From an uncultured virus (IMG/VR IMGVR_UViG_3300044733_004038) (Duplodnaviria > Heunggongvirae > Uroviricota > Caudoviricetes): DNA of 64,000 bases. Position numbers and translations under genes: made by a program. Position 1 is the first letter of the stretch; every line of letters begins with the position of its first letter. The stretch lies in IMG/VR virus record IMGVR_UViG_3300044733_004038; one strand, written 5' to 3'. Shown here in pieces: positions 1 through 11,959 of this stretch. The notes under the pieces were generated by a model. The model had not been told where the DNA came from. It searched no databases and worked only from the letters and a program-made list of their open reading frames with translations.

Positions 1-1978
<1,978 letters not shown>

Positions 1979-2076
1979 TCATACTCCATTCAAGGCGCGA
2001 AATGAAAAGTATTGTGCTGTTGCGCAGCACAAAACTAATTGACATAGTATCATCTCATTTTGTAGCTGTTTTTTAT

Positions 2077-2481
2077 CTATCGCTTAAAAACTGTTAGATT
2101 TTTTTCGTTATTTGGTTCAAAAGATGGCCTAAAGCCAATTATAGGCTCAATTGTTCTTTTCTCACTTTTGCCTTCAATTTCCAGCTTTTCTTCTTGTTTT
2201 TCAGGTTCAGCCTTGCTACCCATTACCGCAAACGCCGCTGCCCTAGCCCAATGGTTTTCAGACTCAACTAAAGCAGTTGCAAGAACTAAATCGTACGAAC
2301 TTAGTAATGCAGAAACTGTTGAAGCAGAAATTGGTTTGTCGATGCCTAAAATTCCAGCCCAAACTACGCCTACTCTTTGCAGATCTGACTCTATTTCACT
2401 TTCAACAAATTGCTCAAAAAATGCTTTGGTAAGCTCAAGGTGACTATGCTCTTCTGGCTTATCTTTTCTTGACTTTGCCAT
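2077..2481 (-). CDS. Hypothetical protein, weakly DUF6378-like
   Basis: ORF with GAAGGT RBS; LQRVGVVWAGILG...ISASTVSALL resembles a degenerate DUF6378. Confidence 0.5.
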   Translation of the reverse strand: MAKSRKDKPEEHSHLELTKAFFEQFVESEIESDLQRVGVVWAGILGIDKPISASTVSALLSSYDLVLATALVESENHWARAAAFAVMGSKAEPEKQEEKLEIEGKSEKRTIEPIIGFRPSFEPNNEKNLTVFKR

Positions 2482-2539
2482 TTGTTACCTTCACTTTCAG
2501 CCGTGCCGATGTGAAGATACTATCTTGGCCTATTCTCCG

Positions 2540-3538
2540 CTAATCTAACCAAACTGTGTACTCAGCAGTCACTCTACCTTTGACTGGATCTATAAAATGC
2601 AGCCGCTGAGATGGTCGGCCAATCGCGCCGACTACTTCTCTTGCGTACTCGTTGTGAGACTCTGGCGAGCCAGAAATAAATACTCTTCCACCATTTGACA
2701 TAGTGAGTGTTGTTGGAGTGTGCCAATGACCCATGTATACGTCTTTGAACTCTTCAATTACACCAGTCGCCCAAGCATTTGCTTTTCTCATGATACTGCC
2801 AAATGATTTTGTCTCGTCACCATGAACTAGCAACGCTCTGTACGCACCTATTTGTACTATTTGATACCAGTCAGGAGACATTTGCCATGTGACGTTTTTT
2901 AGATCTTTTGTTCTGTCCATAGCTATTCTGTAAGAGATCGCGTCGATGTTGTCGTTGCCAGGCATTTCACCTTTGCGGCCGAGGCGGCCGTGGTTGCCGT
3001 ACTCGCAGACTACGTTTACTTTTTCAAAGAAGTCTGCAAACGTTCTGACCATTGTTTCTTCGATCTTGACTGTCTCAAATAGTTGCTCAAATAGATGAGC
3101 TTCAACTTCCCACGCTTGACCTGGAAATATCGTGATGCCTTCAACCATGTCTCCGCCAAACATAAGAGTACACTCACGCACTGGATGATGAGTGCGTTGA
3201 AGCGTAGTGAGCTCGAGAACTTTTTGAGTGAATTGCTCCATACGAGCACTGCACGTCTTAAGGCCGTAAGTAACCGTTTTCTTACCATTTTGCCAATCAG
3301 TGGCATGCACTAACGCAACTTCTGGCTTTATTTTTCTTGGATCTTTTGGCGGTACAGAGTGCGGCACTTTCTTGCCATTGCCGACGGCGAGTGCGGCATC
3401 TTTAGCTGCAACTAAGACTGCTTCTACTAAGTCATCTGCTTTTCGCTTTGCCTTGTACTCGGCTTGCTGCGCGCGCTTTAGCGCGGCTCTCAGCTCGGTG
3501 ACTTCGTCTTCTTTGCGAATATCGTCAGCGAGACTCAT
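2540..3538 (-). CDS. Calcineurin-like metallophosphoesterase (phage Mre11/SbcD-like)
   Basis: TDWQ, GGDMVEG, GNHG, HGD and GHWH motifs. Confidence 0.85.
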   Translation of the reverse strand: MSLADDIRKEDEVTELRAALKRAQQAEYKAKRKADDLVEAVLVAAKDAALAVGNGKKVPHSVPPKDPRKIKPEVALVHATDWQNGKKTVTYGLKTCSARMEQFTQKVLELTTLQRTHHPVRECTLMFGGDMVEGITIFPGQAWEVEAHLFEQLFETVKIEETMVRTFADFFEKVNVVCEYGNHGRLGRKGEMPGNDNIDAISYRIAMDRTKDLKNVTWQMSPDWYQIVQIGAYRALLVHGDETKSFGSIMRKANAWATGVIEEFKDVYMGHWHTPTTLTMSNGGRVFISGSPESHNEYAREVVGAIGRPSQRLHFIDPVKGRVTAEYTVWLD

Positions 3539-3785
3539 CGACCTTGGTCACCAATTCTCCGCGACGGTAGCGGCTAATCACGTTTATTGCAAGTTTGTGC
3601 CCTCGCTTGGACATCGCTCGTGAAATGTTTGACGCTGGTATTGAGTGATCGTCTAGCGCCGCTAGTAGATCTTTTTGTTCTTCTTTTGACAGTGTACTTA
3701 GAATCACGGCTATGCGCGACTTTTTTCCTTGCCCGACTGCGCTGTTCTTTATTTCATTAAATAAATCGCCCACTGGAGTCTCCAA
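3525..3785 (-). CDS. Hypothetical protein, possible HTH
   Basis: ORF overlapping the phosphoesterase start; ASNISRAMSKRG...ISRYRRG. Confidence 0.6.
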   Translation of the reverse strand: METPVGDLFNEIKNSAVGQGKKSRIAVILSTLSKEEQKDLLAALDDHSIPASNISRAMSKRGHKLAINVISRYRRGELVTKVDESR

Positions 3786-3963
3786 TCGTCTTAGGAGTAT
3801 ATACTTATATGTGTACTATATCACACTGGTGTAATCCTTATCACGATTCTAAACTGTTATTCAAAGAATTTTTAAGTTTTATTTAATAGTGTCACTTGCG
3901 ATGACTTTTATGTAGTATAGTGGCAATACTAACTTTTGTAAACATCTCTCTCAAAGGTAATTA

Positions 3964-6609
3964 ATGACGGCATGGGAATCTGCAACCGATAGACTTGGAC
4001 CAGCTGCGTCTTGGTACGCAAACATGGGCTGGCGTATTTTACCGTGCTATGGCATTGTAAACGGTAAGTGCACGTGCGGAAGCGTTCACGCAGAACCCAA
4101 GGACGTAGGTAAGCACCCTAGTGTAACTGAATGGAACGTTCAAGCAACTAGTGATCTAGCAGTAGTTACTCGCTGGTGGGAACAAACACCTGAAACTAAC
4201 GTCAGCGTATACTGTCGACCTAGCGGCTTTTTTGTAATAGATATCGACCCAAGAGCGGGCGGCCCAGACTCGTTTGAAAAATTTGAAGCGCTGGTTGAAG
4301 GAGCGCTTCCGCCAACTGTTGAAGCGATCACCGGCGAATACACGTACAATGGTCGTGTGTCTAGAGGACGCCATTTATTCTACAAGTGCGACGAGTCTGA
4401 GTCACTGGTCGGAAACTTAAAGAAATCTGGTCTTGACGGAATAGACATTAAGCACAATGGATATGTGCTAATAGCGCCGTCACGTCACTTCTCAGGAGTG
4501 TGCTATGAGTGGGTAAAAGGCAAGGCGCCGTGGGAAATTGAAATTGCAACCGCGCCCGAAGAGCTGCTGTCTGCGCTGCGTAAACGAGGGCGTAAGTCTG
4601 CAACAAACGTTGGAGAAGGCGATTGGTCATTTCTAGGAGAGCTTGACTTTGCAGGCGAAAGAATTGATATTGACAAGTTTTTGCGCGATGGTATTGATGA
4701 AGGATCAAGAGCAGTCGATATATACGCAATGACATGTGCATTGGCAAATAAGTTTCCTGTAAATACAGAAGCAGGAAAACTTGCTGTTGAGACGATGATG
4801 ATTCGCTTTAACGCAGAAAAAGTTCGACCGCCTCTAGAGCTTGAAGGTCCAGGCGGACTGTTAATGCACGTGCGTCGTGCAATTCAATTTGTTCTTGACA
4901 ACCCAAGAACTGAAAAAATATGGCCAGGACTAAATGAGTGGGCCGTGAAATCACAAGAAGAGTCGCGCGCAGCATTGAAACGATCACCGCAAGAAACCGC
5001 GACACAAGCTGCGTTTGAAGCTGAGTCAAAGCAAGCGTACGCTGCTTACTCGCAGCAAAGTAATCTGCCCGGCACTATTGGCGGAACTGTAATGTCATCA
5101 GTTGAAGATGGCGATTCACTTGCTGATGCAAGCAGACTGTCTAATATTGACGTTCCAAAAGACCCAGACGCGCTTGGTGAAGACGAAGGTGGTGAACCGG
5201 GTAAACGAACATTGACAGACACTGGAAACGGTAGAAGACTTATTGATTCTTTTGGCGCAGCAGTTCGGTACACTCCAGGGCTTGGTTGGTTTCATTGGGA
5301 CGGCGGATATTGGAAGCCAGATGTTGAAAATTTGGAAATGCGCGAACTTGCTAAAAAAGTCGCGCCCATTATTGCCAGCGAAGTAGTTCACTACCTTGAC
5401 GATGCAGATAAGCAGTCAGAGGTGATTAAGTGGGCGCAGCAGGCAAAATCAAACGCACGGCTTACCGGGTCAATTGAAAACGCGACGTCCGATCCGAGAA
5501 TTTTGGTAGGTGTAGAAAACTGGGACTCCGATGAGCACTTGCTTGGAGTTTTGAATGGAGTAGTTGATTTACGCACCGGTGAACTATTGAAAGGTCGGCC
5601 TGACCTTTACATAACTCGTCGTGCGCCTGTGTCGTACAATCCAGGTATTCGCAACGTACGCTGGGAGCAATTCATCGAGTTCGCTACCAACGGAGACAAA
5701 GAATATCAAGAGTGGATTCAACGCGCAGCTGGTTACTCGCTGACTGGTCTTCGAACTCATGATGTTATGTTTTTAGTTTACGGGCCTTCAGGGTCTGGAA
5801 AAAACACGCTAGTAGAAGCGCTTGTCAAGGCTATGGGCACTCAACAGTACGCTTGGCCGTTAGACTCTAGTATTCTTGCTCAAGGAGACGGTCACGCCAG
5901 CGGAGCAGATTTGTATCACTGGGCTGAGCTTAGAGGTCGTCGTCTTGTGTGGGTTGACGAACTTCCAGACAACGAGCGCATGAAAGAAAACTCAGTTAAA
6001 AAGCTGACTGGTTCATCTGAGATCTCAGCGCGTTCGCCTGGTGAAAAACCATTTACGTTTCAGTCACGCGCTAAATTGTGGGTAACAACTAATCACCGGC
6101 CAATTATTAGTGATGATGCGATGTGGCGACGTATTCGGCCAATTCCAATGCTCAACGTTCCTGAAAACCCTGATCCTGGCCTTAAGCACTATATTTTTGA
6201 TCCTGAAGGCGCGCTGCCTGCTGTTCTGTCGTGGGCAGTTGAAGGCGCGATTAAGGTACTTAATTCTTCATCTCGTGACTCGCTTGGCTGGTGTAATGTT
6301 GTAAGCGCCGCAGCAGAAGTCTATAGAAAAAATGAAGACCGTATCGGCTTTTTCTTGACTGAAGAAACTAAAGAGTCTGAAGGAACAGCAACCCCTGTTA
6401 AGTCACTGTACTCTGTGTACCGTCTGTGGAGTGACGAGCGAGGTGAAAAGCCAATGACACAAATTGCGTTTCAACGCAAGCTTAGCGAGCGTGGTATTGA
6501 AATTAACGGCGTAGGATCACGAGCGCAGATCATGCATCGCCAACTTGTACCTCGTGTAGTTCAAACTGGCGAAGTTGATTGGAGCGTTGCAGCACGGTTT
6601 GCTAGATAA
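3964..6609 (+). CDS. Bifunctional DNA primase-polymerase fused to D5/P4-type SF3 helicase
   Basis: N-terminal CTCG...GKHP, VIDID and GRHLFY; D5_N-like TDTGNGRR; Walker A GPSGSGKN; Walker B VWVDE; NHRP; AMWRR. Confidence 0.92.
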   Translation: MTAWESATDRLGPAASWYANMGWRILPCYGIVNGKCTCGSVHAEPKDVGKHPSVTEWNVQATSDLAVVTRWWEQTPETNVSVYCRPSGFFVIDIDPRAGGPDSFEKFEALVEGALPPTVEAITGEYTYNGRVSRGRHLFYKCDESESLVGNLKKSGLDGIDIKHNGYVLIAPSRHFSGVCYEWVKGKAPWEIEIATAPEELLSALRKRGRKSATNVGEGDWSFLGELDFAGERIDIDKFLRDGIDEGSRAVDIYAMTCALANKFPVNTEAGKLAVETMMIRFNAEKVRPPLELEGPGGLLMHVRRAIQFVLDNPRTEKIWPGLNEWAVKSQEESRAALKRSPQETATQAAFEAESKQAYAAYSQQSNLPGTIGGTVMSSVEDGDSLADASRLSNIDVPKDPDALGEDEGGEPGKRTLTDTGNGRRLIDSFGAAVRYTPGLGWFHWDGGYWKPDVENLEMRELAKKVAPIIASEVVHYLDDADKQSEVIKWAQQAKSNARLTGSIENATSDPRILVGVENWDSDEHLLGVLNGVVDLRTGELLKGRPDLYITRRAPVSYNPGIRNVRWEQFIEFATNGDKEYQEWIQRAAGYSLTGLRTHDVMFLVYGPSGSGKNTLVEALVKAMGTQQYAWPLDSSILAQGDGHASGADLYHWAELRGRRLVWVDELPDNERMKENSVKKLTGSSEISARSPGEKPFTFQSRAKLWVTTNHRPIISDDAMWRRIRPIPMLNVPENPDPGLKHYIFDPEGALPAVLSWAVEGAIKVLNSSSRDSLGWCNVVSAAAEVYRKNEDRIGFFLTEETKESEGTATPVKSLYSVYRLWSDERGEKPMTQIAFQRKLSERGIEINGVGSRAQIMHRQLVPRVVQTGEVDWSVAARFAR

Positions 6610-6614
6610 CAGAT

Positions 6615-6687
6615 TTGGCGCTTTGGGAGAGAGCGGCGCCAATAAGAACCGGGTTGGCGGCCTGAGAGAGACTGCCAGCCCGGTTCT
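6615..6687 (+). terminator. Tandem hairpins between convergent genes
   Basis: TTGGCGC/GCGCCAA and AGAACCGGGTTGGCGG/CTGCCAGCCCGGTTCT stems. Confidence 0.7.
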
Positions 6688-6689
6688 AT

Positions 6690-7322
6690 TTACAAATTTA
6701 ATCTCAAACTTTCAAAGTTATCTAAGTCATATGGAAAGTCAAAGTCAGTTGTTTCGTCGTCAATAACCGTGTGAATTTTATTGTCGTGATAGTTAGGTCT
6801 AACCATGCTTCTGTAAGTTCTCCACGCTCCTGGCGGAGGAACATTTCCTTTAATAAGAGCGTCGAGGTGACTATCGATCAGCGCGTGCGCTGAGTCATCA
6901 AACGCAAGTGTAAAAATCTCTGGTCGTCCGCCAGTAATAGTTGAATGATTATGACGAAGAAACCACATTATTTTTCCAGAAGTTGTCATAATTGTTTCTA
7001 CTGCGCTGTCTGAGTAGTAGACATCTCCAAATGCAAGAGTTGTCCTGCCAGAGGACCATAGTTCTCTTGATGATCGATACTTTGCAAAATCTCCCCAGCT
7101 GGGGTCGTGAGGTGGAATATACAACTTTGTTCCATGATAAAAGTACTCTTCAGACTTTCCAACTACGTACACGTCCGAAGTATACTTAAGAAATTGCTTG
7201 CACGTTTTGTGCAAAAGTTTTTCACCGTCAACGCTGACAAAGTGCTTTGCTGTGCCTTTGTAGTTTCCCCAGCGAGAACCGTCGCCAGCAGCAAGTATCA
7301 ACACTCTGTTGTTAGTTGTCAT
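6690..7322 (-). CDS. Nucleotidyltransferase (NTP_transf / LicC-like)
   Basis: LILAAGDGSRW...K, FGDVYY and terminal DFD motifs. Confidence 0.8.
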   Translation of the reverse strand: MTTNNRVLILAAGDGSRWGNYKGTAKHFVSVDGEKLLHKTCKQFLKYTSDVYVVGKSEEYFYHGTKLYIPPHDPSWGDFAKYRSSRELWSSGRTTLAFGDVYYSDSAVETIMTTSGKIMWFLRHNHSTITGGRPEIFTLAFDDSAHALIDSHLDALIKGNVPPPGAWRTYRSMVRPNYHDNKIHTVIDDETTDFDFPYDLDNFESLRLNL

Positions 7323-7370
7323 TTTTCCTCTGCAGGCATTGGCCTAAGTTGTCTTAAAAGTTACTGACGA

Positions 7371-7625
7371 TTAAGGGACAATACTTGTAATTACTCCATT
7401 TGTAACTGTGACTGTTTTCCCATTTGAAGATGTAAATGTCCCTGACGCACCAGTCACAGAAGGACCAGTAGGACCAGTAGGACCGGTAGGACCTTGAATG
7501 CCTTGTGGTCCTTGAAGGTTAGAAACAACTACTTCAGTAGTAGAAGTAGTCGTCTCGACAACTACAGTTGTTTCTTCAACTGTAACTGTAGTGTTACTTT
7601 TATCAACGTAAACAACACTTGACAT
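7371..7625 (-). CDS. Short collagen-repeat virion protein
   Basis: QGPQGIQGPTGPTGPTGP followed by GASGTFTSSNGKTVTVTNGVITSI. Confidence 0.7.
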   Translation of the reverse strand: MSSVVYVDKSNTTVTVEETTVVVETTTSTTEVVVSNLQGPQGIQGPTGPTGPTGPSVTGASGTFTSSNGKTVTVTNGVITSIVP

Positions 7626-7978
7626 TAGTATGTCACTTCTGCCGCAACAGTAACTGTTCCTTTGACAAGTCGTGTAACGACGCCACCTGACGAAACTAAT
7701 TCAAGATCGTAAGTATATTTTGCTGGCACCAATGAAGCAGTTGAAGCAGCGCTAATCGCTATGTCAATTGTGCCAGCAGATCCGCCAAGAGTGATGCCGC
7801 CTCCCGCTGAGCTGGTAAGTGAAATTAGAGGCTCTCTGTCGCGACGATTGACGGCTCTAACTTTCATTCGTGCTGTGTATCCAGTGAGGTTGACTGCATT
7901 AGAGTCAATTTTCCACGTTAGCCGCTGCGAGTACGTAGTTCCTTGTTCAATAGTTAAATTAAGAATCCCTGCAGTCAT
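7625..7978 (-). CDS. Beta-sandwich tail-associated protein (BppU-N/LtfC-like)
   Basis: NLTIEQGTT...NLTGYTARMKVR...YTYDLEL...RLVKGTVTV pattern. Confidence 0.75.
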   Translation of the reverse strand: MTAGILNLTIEQGTTYSQRLTWKIDSNAVNLTGYTARMKVRAVNRRDREPLISLTSSAGGGITLGGSAGTIDIAISAASTASLVPAKYTYDLELVSSGGVVTRLVKGTVTVAAEVTY

Positions 7979-8067
7979 TATAAATTCCTTTACGCGAAGG
8001 TACTAAGGTACTTTACCATTAAACTTAAGTATTGTTTTTTGCTTAAAGCTTTGTATAATATGGCTAA

Positions 8068-8406
8068 ATGAAAGAAGAACGCCCTTGGGGACACTACGAA
8101 GTTTTAAGTGAAACTTACGGAATAAAGGTTAAAAAACTTTGGATAGCCAAAGATCACCGCATAAGCCTGCAGTCTCATCAACGCAGGACTGAGTACTGGA
8201 CTGTTGCTGAAGGACTAGGAAAACTTGAACTAGATGATGCAGTCTTCGCGATGTACCCAGGCGCTATGTTCGCGATAGCACCTGAAACTAGACATAGAGC
8301 GAAAGCTACAAGCGACAGTGGAATGACTATTGTCGAAGTGCAACTAGGAAAGTATCTTGAAGAAGACGACATCGTTCGCTACGAAGACGACTATAAGCGT
8401 ACTTGA
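8068..8406 (+). CDS. Cupin, mannose-6-phosphate isomerase type II C-terminal-like
   Basis: ERPWG, SLQSH..RTEYW and EVQLG.YLEEDDIVRYED motifs. Confidence 0.88.
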   Translation: MKEERPWGHYEVLSETYGIKVKKLWIAKDHRISLQSHQRRTEYWTVAEGLGKLELDDAVFAMYPGAMFAIAPETRHRAKATSDSGMTIVEVQLGKYLEEDDIVRYEDDYKRT

Positions 8407-8535
8407 GAAGCACTATCTAAACCTTTAGTCCATATTTTTAGGGCTGTAAAATTCGCGCGTACTATGTAAGGTAAATAGGCGATAAAATATAACTACAGCC
8501 CGTACTAGAGGCACATACCCTAGGAGACTGACAAC

Positions 8536-9126
8536 ATGAAAACAATTGGTGCTATTTTGTTATTTCTTAGCGGAATACTTGGACCAACAACTGCGCAGAA
8601 TCTAGAAAAAGCTGACGATCACCGCGTTGAAAAAGCCTTTGAAACCAATAGAAAAACGGGCAAATTCAGTGAAGAATGGGTAAGTCATGAGAGGCTTGAC
8701 GCGCCTAAACAAATAAAATTTGCTCATGGCAATGTGTCCTGGCTACCGTCACTTGCCAAGCAGGCAGGTTGGCCTGATCACACCATCGACAAATTAACCC
8801 AAATCGTGTTGCGTGAATCTGGCGGTTGCCCGAACAGACGCGGTGGAGACATGGTGGATAAGAACTGCAACATCACAGGCGTCTCCGAATGGAATCATCG
8901 CTCCGACACAGGACTACTACAGATCAACGGCGTCAACTATGACCTGTCAAGAAACAAGTGGGCTGCGGTCTGCCGACAGATGAACATCTGCACCCAAGAA
9001 CCATTGCTTGACCCGTTGACGAACTTGAAGGCTGGCCTAGTTCTTTATAATCTTTCAGGCTTTGAGCCGTGGAACCCTTGCAATTGGCGGGTTTGCAAAG
9101 CGTCAACAACTACAACAGCGCCGTAA
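8536..9126 (+). CDS. Secreted lytic transglycosylase (SLT/lysozyme-like)
   Basis: Signal peptide; RES, GLLQIN, DPLTNL and GFEPW motifs. Confidence 0.8.
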   Translation: MKTIGAILLFLSGILGPTTAQNLEKADDHRVEKAFETNRKTGKFSEEWVSHERLDAPKQIKFAHGNVSWLPSLAKQAGWPDHTIDKLTQIVLRESGGCPNRRGGDMVDKNCNITGVSEWNHRSDTGLLQINGVNYDLSRNKWAAVCRQMNICTQEPLLDPLTNLKAGLVLYNLSGFEPWNPCNWRVCKASTTTTAP

Positions 9127-9129
9127 TAA

Positions 9130-9189
9130 AAAATAAAAAGAGGTGGCCTACCGTCACCTCCGAGCGGTAGGCCGACCCCCTTTATTATT
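9130..9189. terminator. Bidirectional terminator-like hairpin
   Basis: GGCCTACCG/CGGTAGGCC stem flanked by A- and T-rich tracts between convergent genes. Confidence 0.65.
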
Positions 9190-9298
9190 GTCCTAAGGTA
9201 GCTGTCACTTAGGTCTGTATGAGGCGCTTGCATGTTGTGCCGCTGCTGCTATCTCCTTCTGTAATTACCAAAGATTGTTAACTTCAGAAAGTCATATG

Positions 9299-9493
9299 TC
9301 ACTTAGACGTAGATTGTTTTCTTTCGTTCTTATTGAAGTGAAGATCATGAGTACGAAGAGGATGACCAAACGAAAGTCGAGTACGACGTTTTCCAGCTTT
9401 TGTCCCAGACACAGTTTCTGTTTCTCCAGTAAGCGGATTAACTCTTACTCGACCAGACCCACGGTCTTTTGACATTTTCTTTTTCTTTCCCAT
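9299..9493 (-). CDS. Small basic hypothetical protein
   Basis: ORF in tandem with the lysis genes; K/R-rich. Confidence 0.55.
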   Translation of the reverse strand: MGKKKKMSKDRGSGRVRVNPLTGETETVSGTKAGKRRTRLSFGHPLRTHDLHFNKNERKQSTSK

Positions 9494-9504
9494 CGCCTTA
9501 TTAC

Positions 9505-9756
9505 CTACTTCTTTAACTTGCCGGTTGCGTGATCGTTGATGTGTTGATCAAGTTTTTCTTCTGTTCGCACGCCTGTCGCCTCTACGCGATCAATTGATCT
9601 GCCAAGCGATTTTCCAAGATTTTCAATCTTGTCAACAACAAAGTTGTGATCTTCTTTGTTTTCACTCCAGTGCTTTTTACTGTCGCGTCGATCTTTTTCT
9701 ATCAACGCTACCGCAATTGCTCCAAACACACCGACCACAGCTACAACGATTTCCAT
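9505..9756 (-). CDS. Membrane-anchored coiled-coil protein (holin/lysis-associated candidate)
   Basis: N-terminal TM helix, ...LDQHINDH tail, directly downstream of the endolysin. Confidence 0.65.
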   Translation of the reverse strand: MEIVVAVVGVFGAIAVALIEKDRRDSKKHWSENKEDHNFVVDKIENLGKSLGRSIDRVEATGVRTEEKLDQHINDHATGKLKK

Positions 9757-9760
9757 GGCC

Positions 9761-10603
9761 TTAAATACCTAGCAACTTAAAGACTTTGCCACCAGCTTTT
9801 CCGTCGGCGGCAAGTTTATTTGCAACTTTAAACTTCTTAACAGCTGCTGCAAGCAATGGCCCATACTCTCCGTCAACTGGACCTTGGTAGATGCTTTTTG
9901 CTTTAAGCGCTTGTTGAAGTTGACGAACTTTTGGTCCACGAGAACCAATGTCTAACGAGTCCGCATCGTCATTTGCTGGTGCAGGCTTAGAAGCAGAAAC
10001 TGCAACAGGTGCTGGAGTTTCTTCTTTTGCAGCGGCAGCGGCAGGCGCTGGCACAGTTGAAACTTCTTCTCCAGTGAACGCTGCAACCGCAGCTGGTACA
10101 TCGTCACCGGCGACGTAGCGCAGGTGCCACGGCTCTTCCGGTACGACTTCCCACGAGAAACCAAAGTCTTTTACGTTATCAATCAACCACTCAAGACGAG
10201 CACCGCTTGCAGTGTGAACGTCTACAGCGATACCTAAGTTATGCTGCGACGTGCCAGGAGCTGCAAGACTCGCGAGTTTCTCGTTCTTCTTGTACCACTT
10301 AACGCCTTCAAACGTGCGAGTACTGTTACCGTTTGCTTCTTTAGTATAGCGCTCGAGGAACACCTTGAGCTGAGCATCGTACGAGCGATACGTATCTCCA
10401 GATGAGACTGGCTTAAGCTCGACACCGTCTGCTTTAGCTTTTGCGACCATAGCCGCCCAGGCGTCGGCTGCAAGATGATGAAGTTTGCCACCACCAACTG
10501 CTGTTTTGAGCAGAGCGTCTGGAAGTTTTCCAGGTTTTACTCCTTTAAGATCCGCAGGTAGCTTGACAGGCACTACGTAGTCCCATGCAACTTTCTTCGC
10601 CAT
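9761..10603 (-). CDS. Endolysin: M15B (VanY-like) peptidase with peptidoglycan-binding domain
   Basis: YRS, PGTSQHNLGIAVD and EPWH motifs; C-terminal LQQAL...VDGEYGP...ADGKAG. Confidence 0.88.
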   Translation of the reverse strand: MAKKVAWDYVVPVKLPADLKGVKPGKLPDALLKTAVGGGKLHHLAADAWAAMVAKAKADGVELKPVSSGDTYRSYDAQLKVFLERYTKEANGNSTRTFEGVKWYKKNEKLASLAAPGTSQHNLGIAVDVHTASGARLEWLIDNVKDFGFSWEVVPEEPWHLRYVAGDDVPAAVAAFTGEEVSTVPAPAAAAAKEETPAPVAVSASKPAPANDDADSLDIGSRGPKVRQLQQALKAKSIYQGPVDGEYGPLLAAAVKKFKVANKLAADGKAGGKVFKLLGI

Positions 10604-10906
10604 TATGTGCTCCTAATTAGAGATGAGTTTTGGAGGTTGTTCTTCATACATATTACTCATGGTATGGAGTGGGTGATTTTTGACAAAACACCTTTTCAAC
10701 CGCAAGTATTGTAGAATATTGCAATGAAGACAAACCCTTATTCATCGGTAAATACCGACGTCGTTTCTGCCTACGCACGTGTAGTGACGGTGCCGACTAC
10801 GTCATAAGTTTTGGAAAAAATGATGCCTCTTCTCATCTAGCAACTATTTCAATCTGGAGAGCAATGAAAATGCTGAAAAAGATTTAGTAAAAGGTATAAT
10901 TAAAAG

Positions 10907-11704
10907 ATGCCAGAAGGACACTCAATAAGACACCTAGCGAACTTAAGTGATGCTGCCTTTAAAGGTAAAAAAATAACTGCAACAAGTCCACAAGGAAGAT
11001 TCGCTGCTGACGCCGCAGTTATTGATCAAAAACAAATGACAGGCGCTGGCGCTCATGGTAAACACTTGTTTCTTAAATTTGATGACGAACACGCGGTTCA
11101 TATTCATTTAGGTTTGTACGGTTGGCTGCACTTTAACAACGGAACTAAGGCAAAACCAAAAGACAGTGTTCGTCTTCGTCTTGAGGTTGATGACTTTTAC
11201 GCTGATTTGATAGCGCCAACGGCCTGCGCCTTACTAACCCCTAGTGAAGTAGAAAAGATACTTGATCGTCTTGGACCAGATCCGATACATCCACAAGCAA
11301 ATCCAGAACATGCTTGGAACAAGATTAAGAAAAGTTCTAAATCTATTGCTGCTCTTTTAATGGACCAATCAGTGATTGCTGGTATTGGAAATGTGTACCG
11401 TGCTGAACTATTGTTCAGATCAAATACTTCTCCGTTTATTCATGGCTCACAGATATCCAAAGAAAAATTTGAAAGTATCTGGAAAGATTCAGTTGAATTG
11501 TTAAAGCTTGGTTCTATTGATGGTAAGATACGTACTGTAAAACCCGAACATATAAGTGAAGAAGAGATTAAAGTACATGGTTGCTCGCAAAATAGTTATG
11601 TCTATAAACAAACAGGCGGACTTTGTCGAATTTGTAGCGACACTGTGAGGCAGGAAACTCACGCTGGAAGAGAATTATATTGGTGTCCAACGTGTCAGAA
11701 CTAG
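10907..11704 (+). CDS. nei: Fpg/Nei DNA glycosylase (endonuclease VIII-like)
   Basis: N-terminal PEG, GKHLF, HLGLYG, H2TH LMDQSVIAGIGNVY, C-terminal Cys4 zinc finger. Confidence 0.92.
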   Translation: MPEGHSIRHLANLSDAAFKGKKITATSPQGRFAADAAVIDQKQMTGAGAHGKHLFLKFDDEHAVHIHLGLYGWLHFNNGTKAKPKDSVRLRLEVDDFYADLIAPTACALLTPSEVEKILDRLGPDPIHPQANPEHAWNKIKKSSKSIAALLMDQSVIAGIGNVYRAELLFRSNTSPFIHGSQISKEKFESIWKDSVELLKLGSIDGKIRTVKPEHISEEEIKVHGCSQNSYVYKQTGGLCRICSDTVRQETHAGRELYWCPTCQN

Positions 11705-11922
11705 CGCAAGAAACACTTTCAACTTATGTTGACGGTGACCACGACCTTTTCGCACATTACGTAGACAAGGTTAAAGCGACAGAGGCGGCAATATTTGGAA
11801 CCCCAGTTGTCGCTTTATGTGGTAAAGTTTGGATTCCATCTCGTGATCCAGACAAATTTCCAGTATGCCAAGAATGCAAAAGCATATACGAAAAAATGTT
11901 CAATAACGAGAACAATAAGTAA
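11692..11922 (+). CDS. DUF3039 actinobacterial zinc-binding protein
   Basis: GDHDLFAHYV...GTPVVALCGKVWIPSRDPDKFPVCQEC. Confidence 0.88.
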   Translation: MSELAQETLSTYVDGDHDLFAHYVDKVKATEAAIFGTPVVALCGKVWIPSRDPDKFPVCQECKSIYEKMFNNENNK

Positions 11923-11959
11923 GCAATTTTCAACTTTTATATAGAAACGGCGGTATGTT

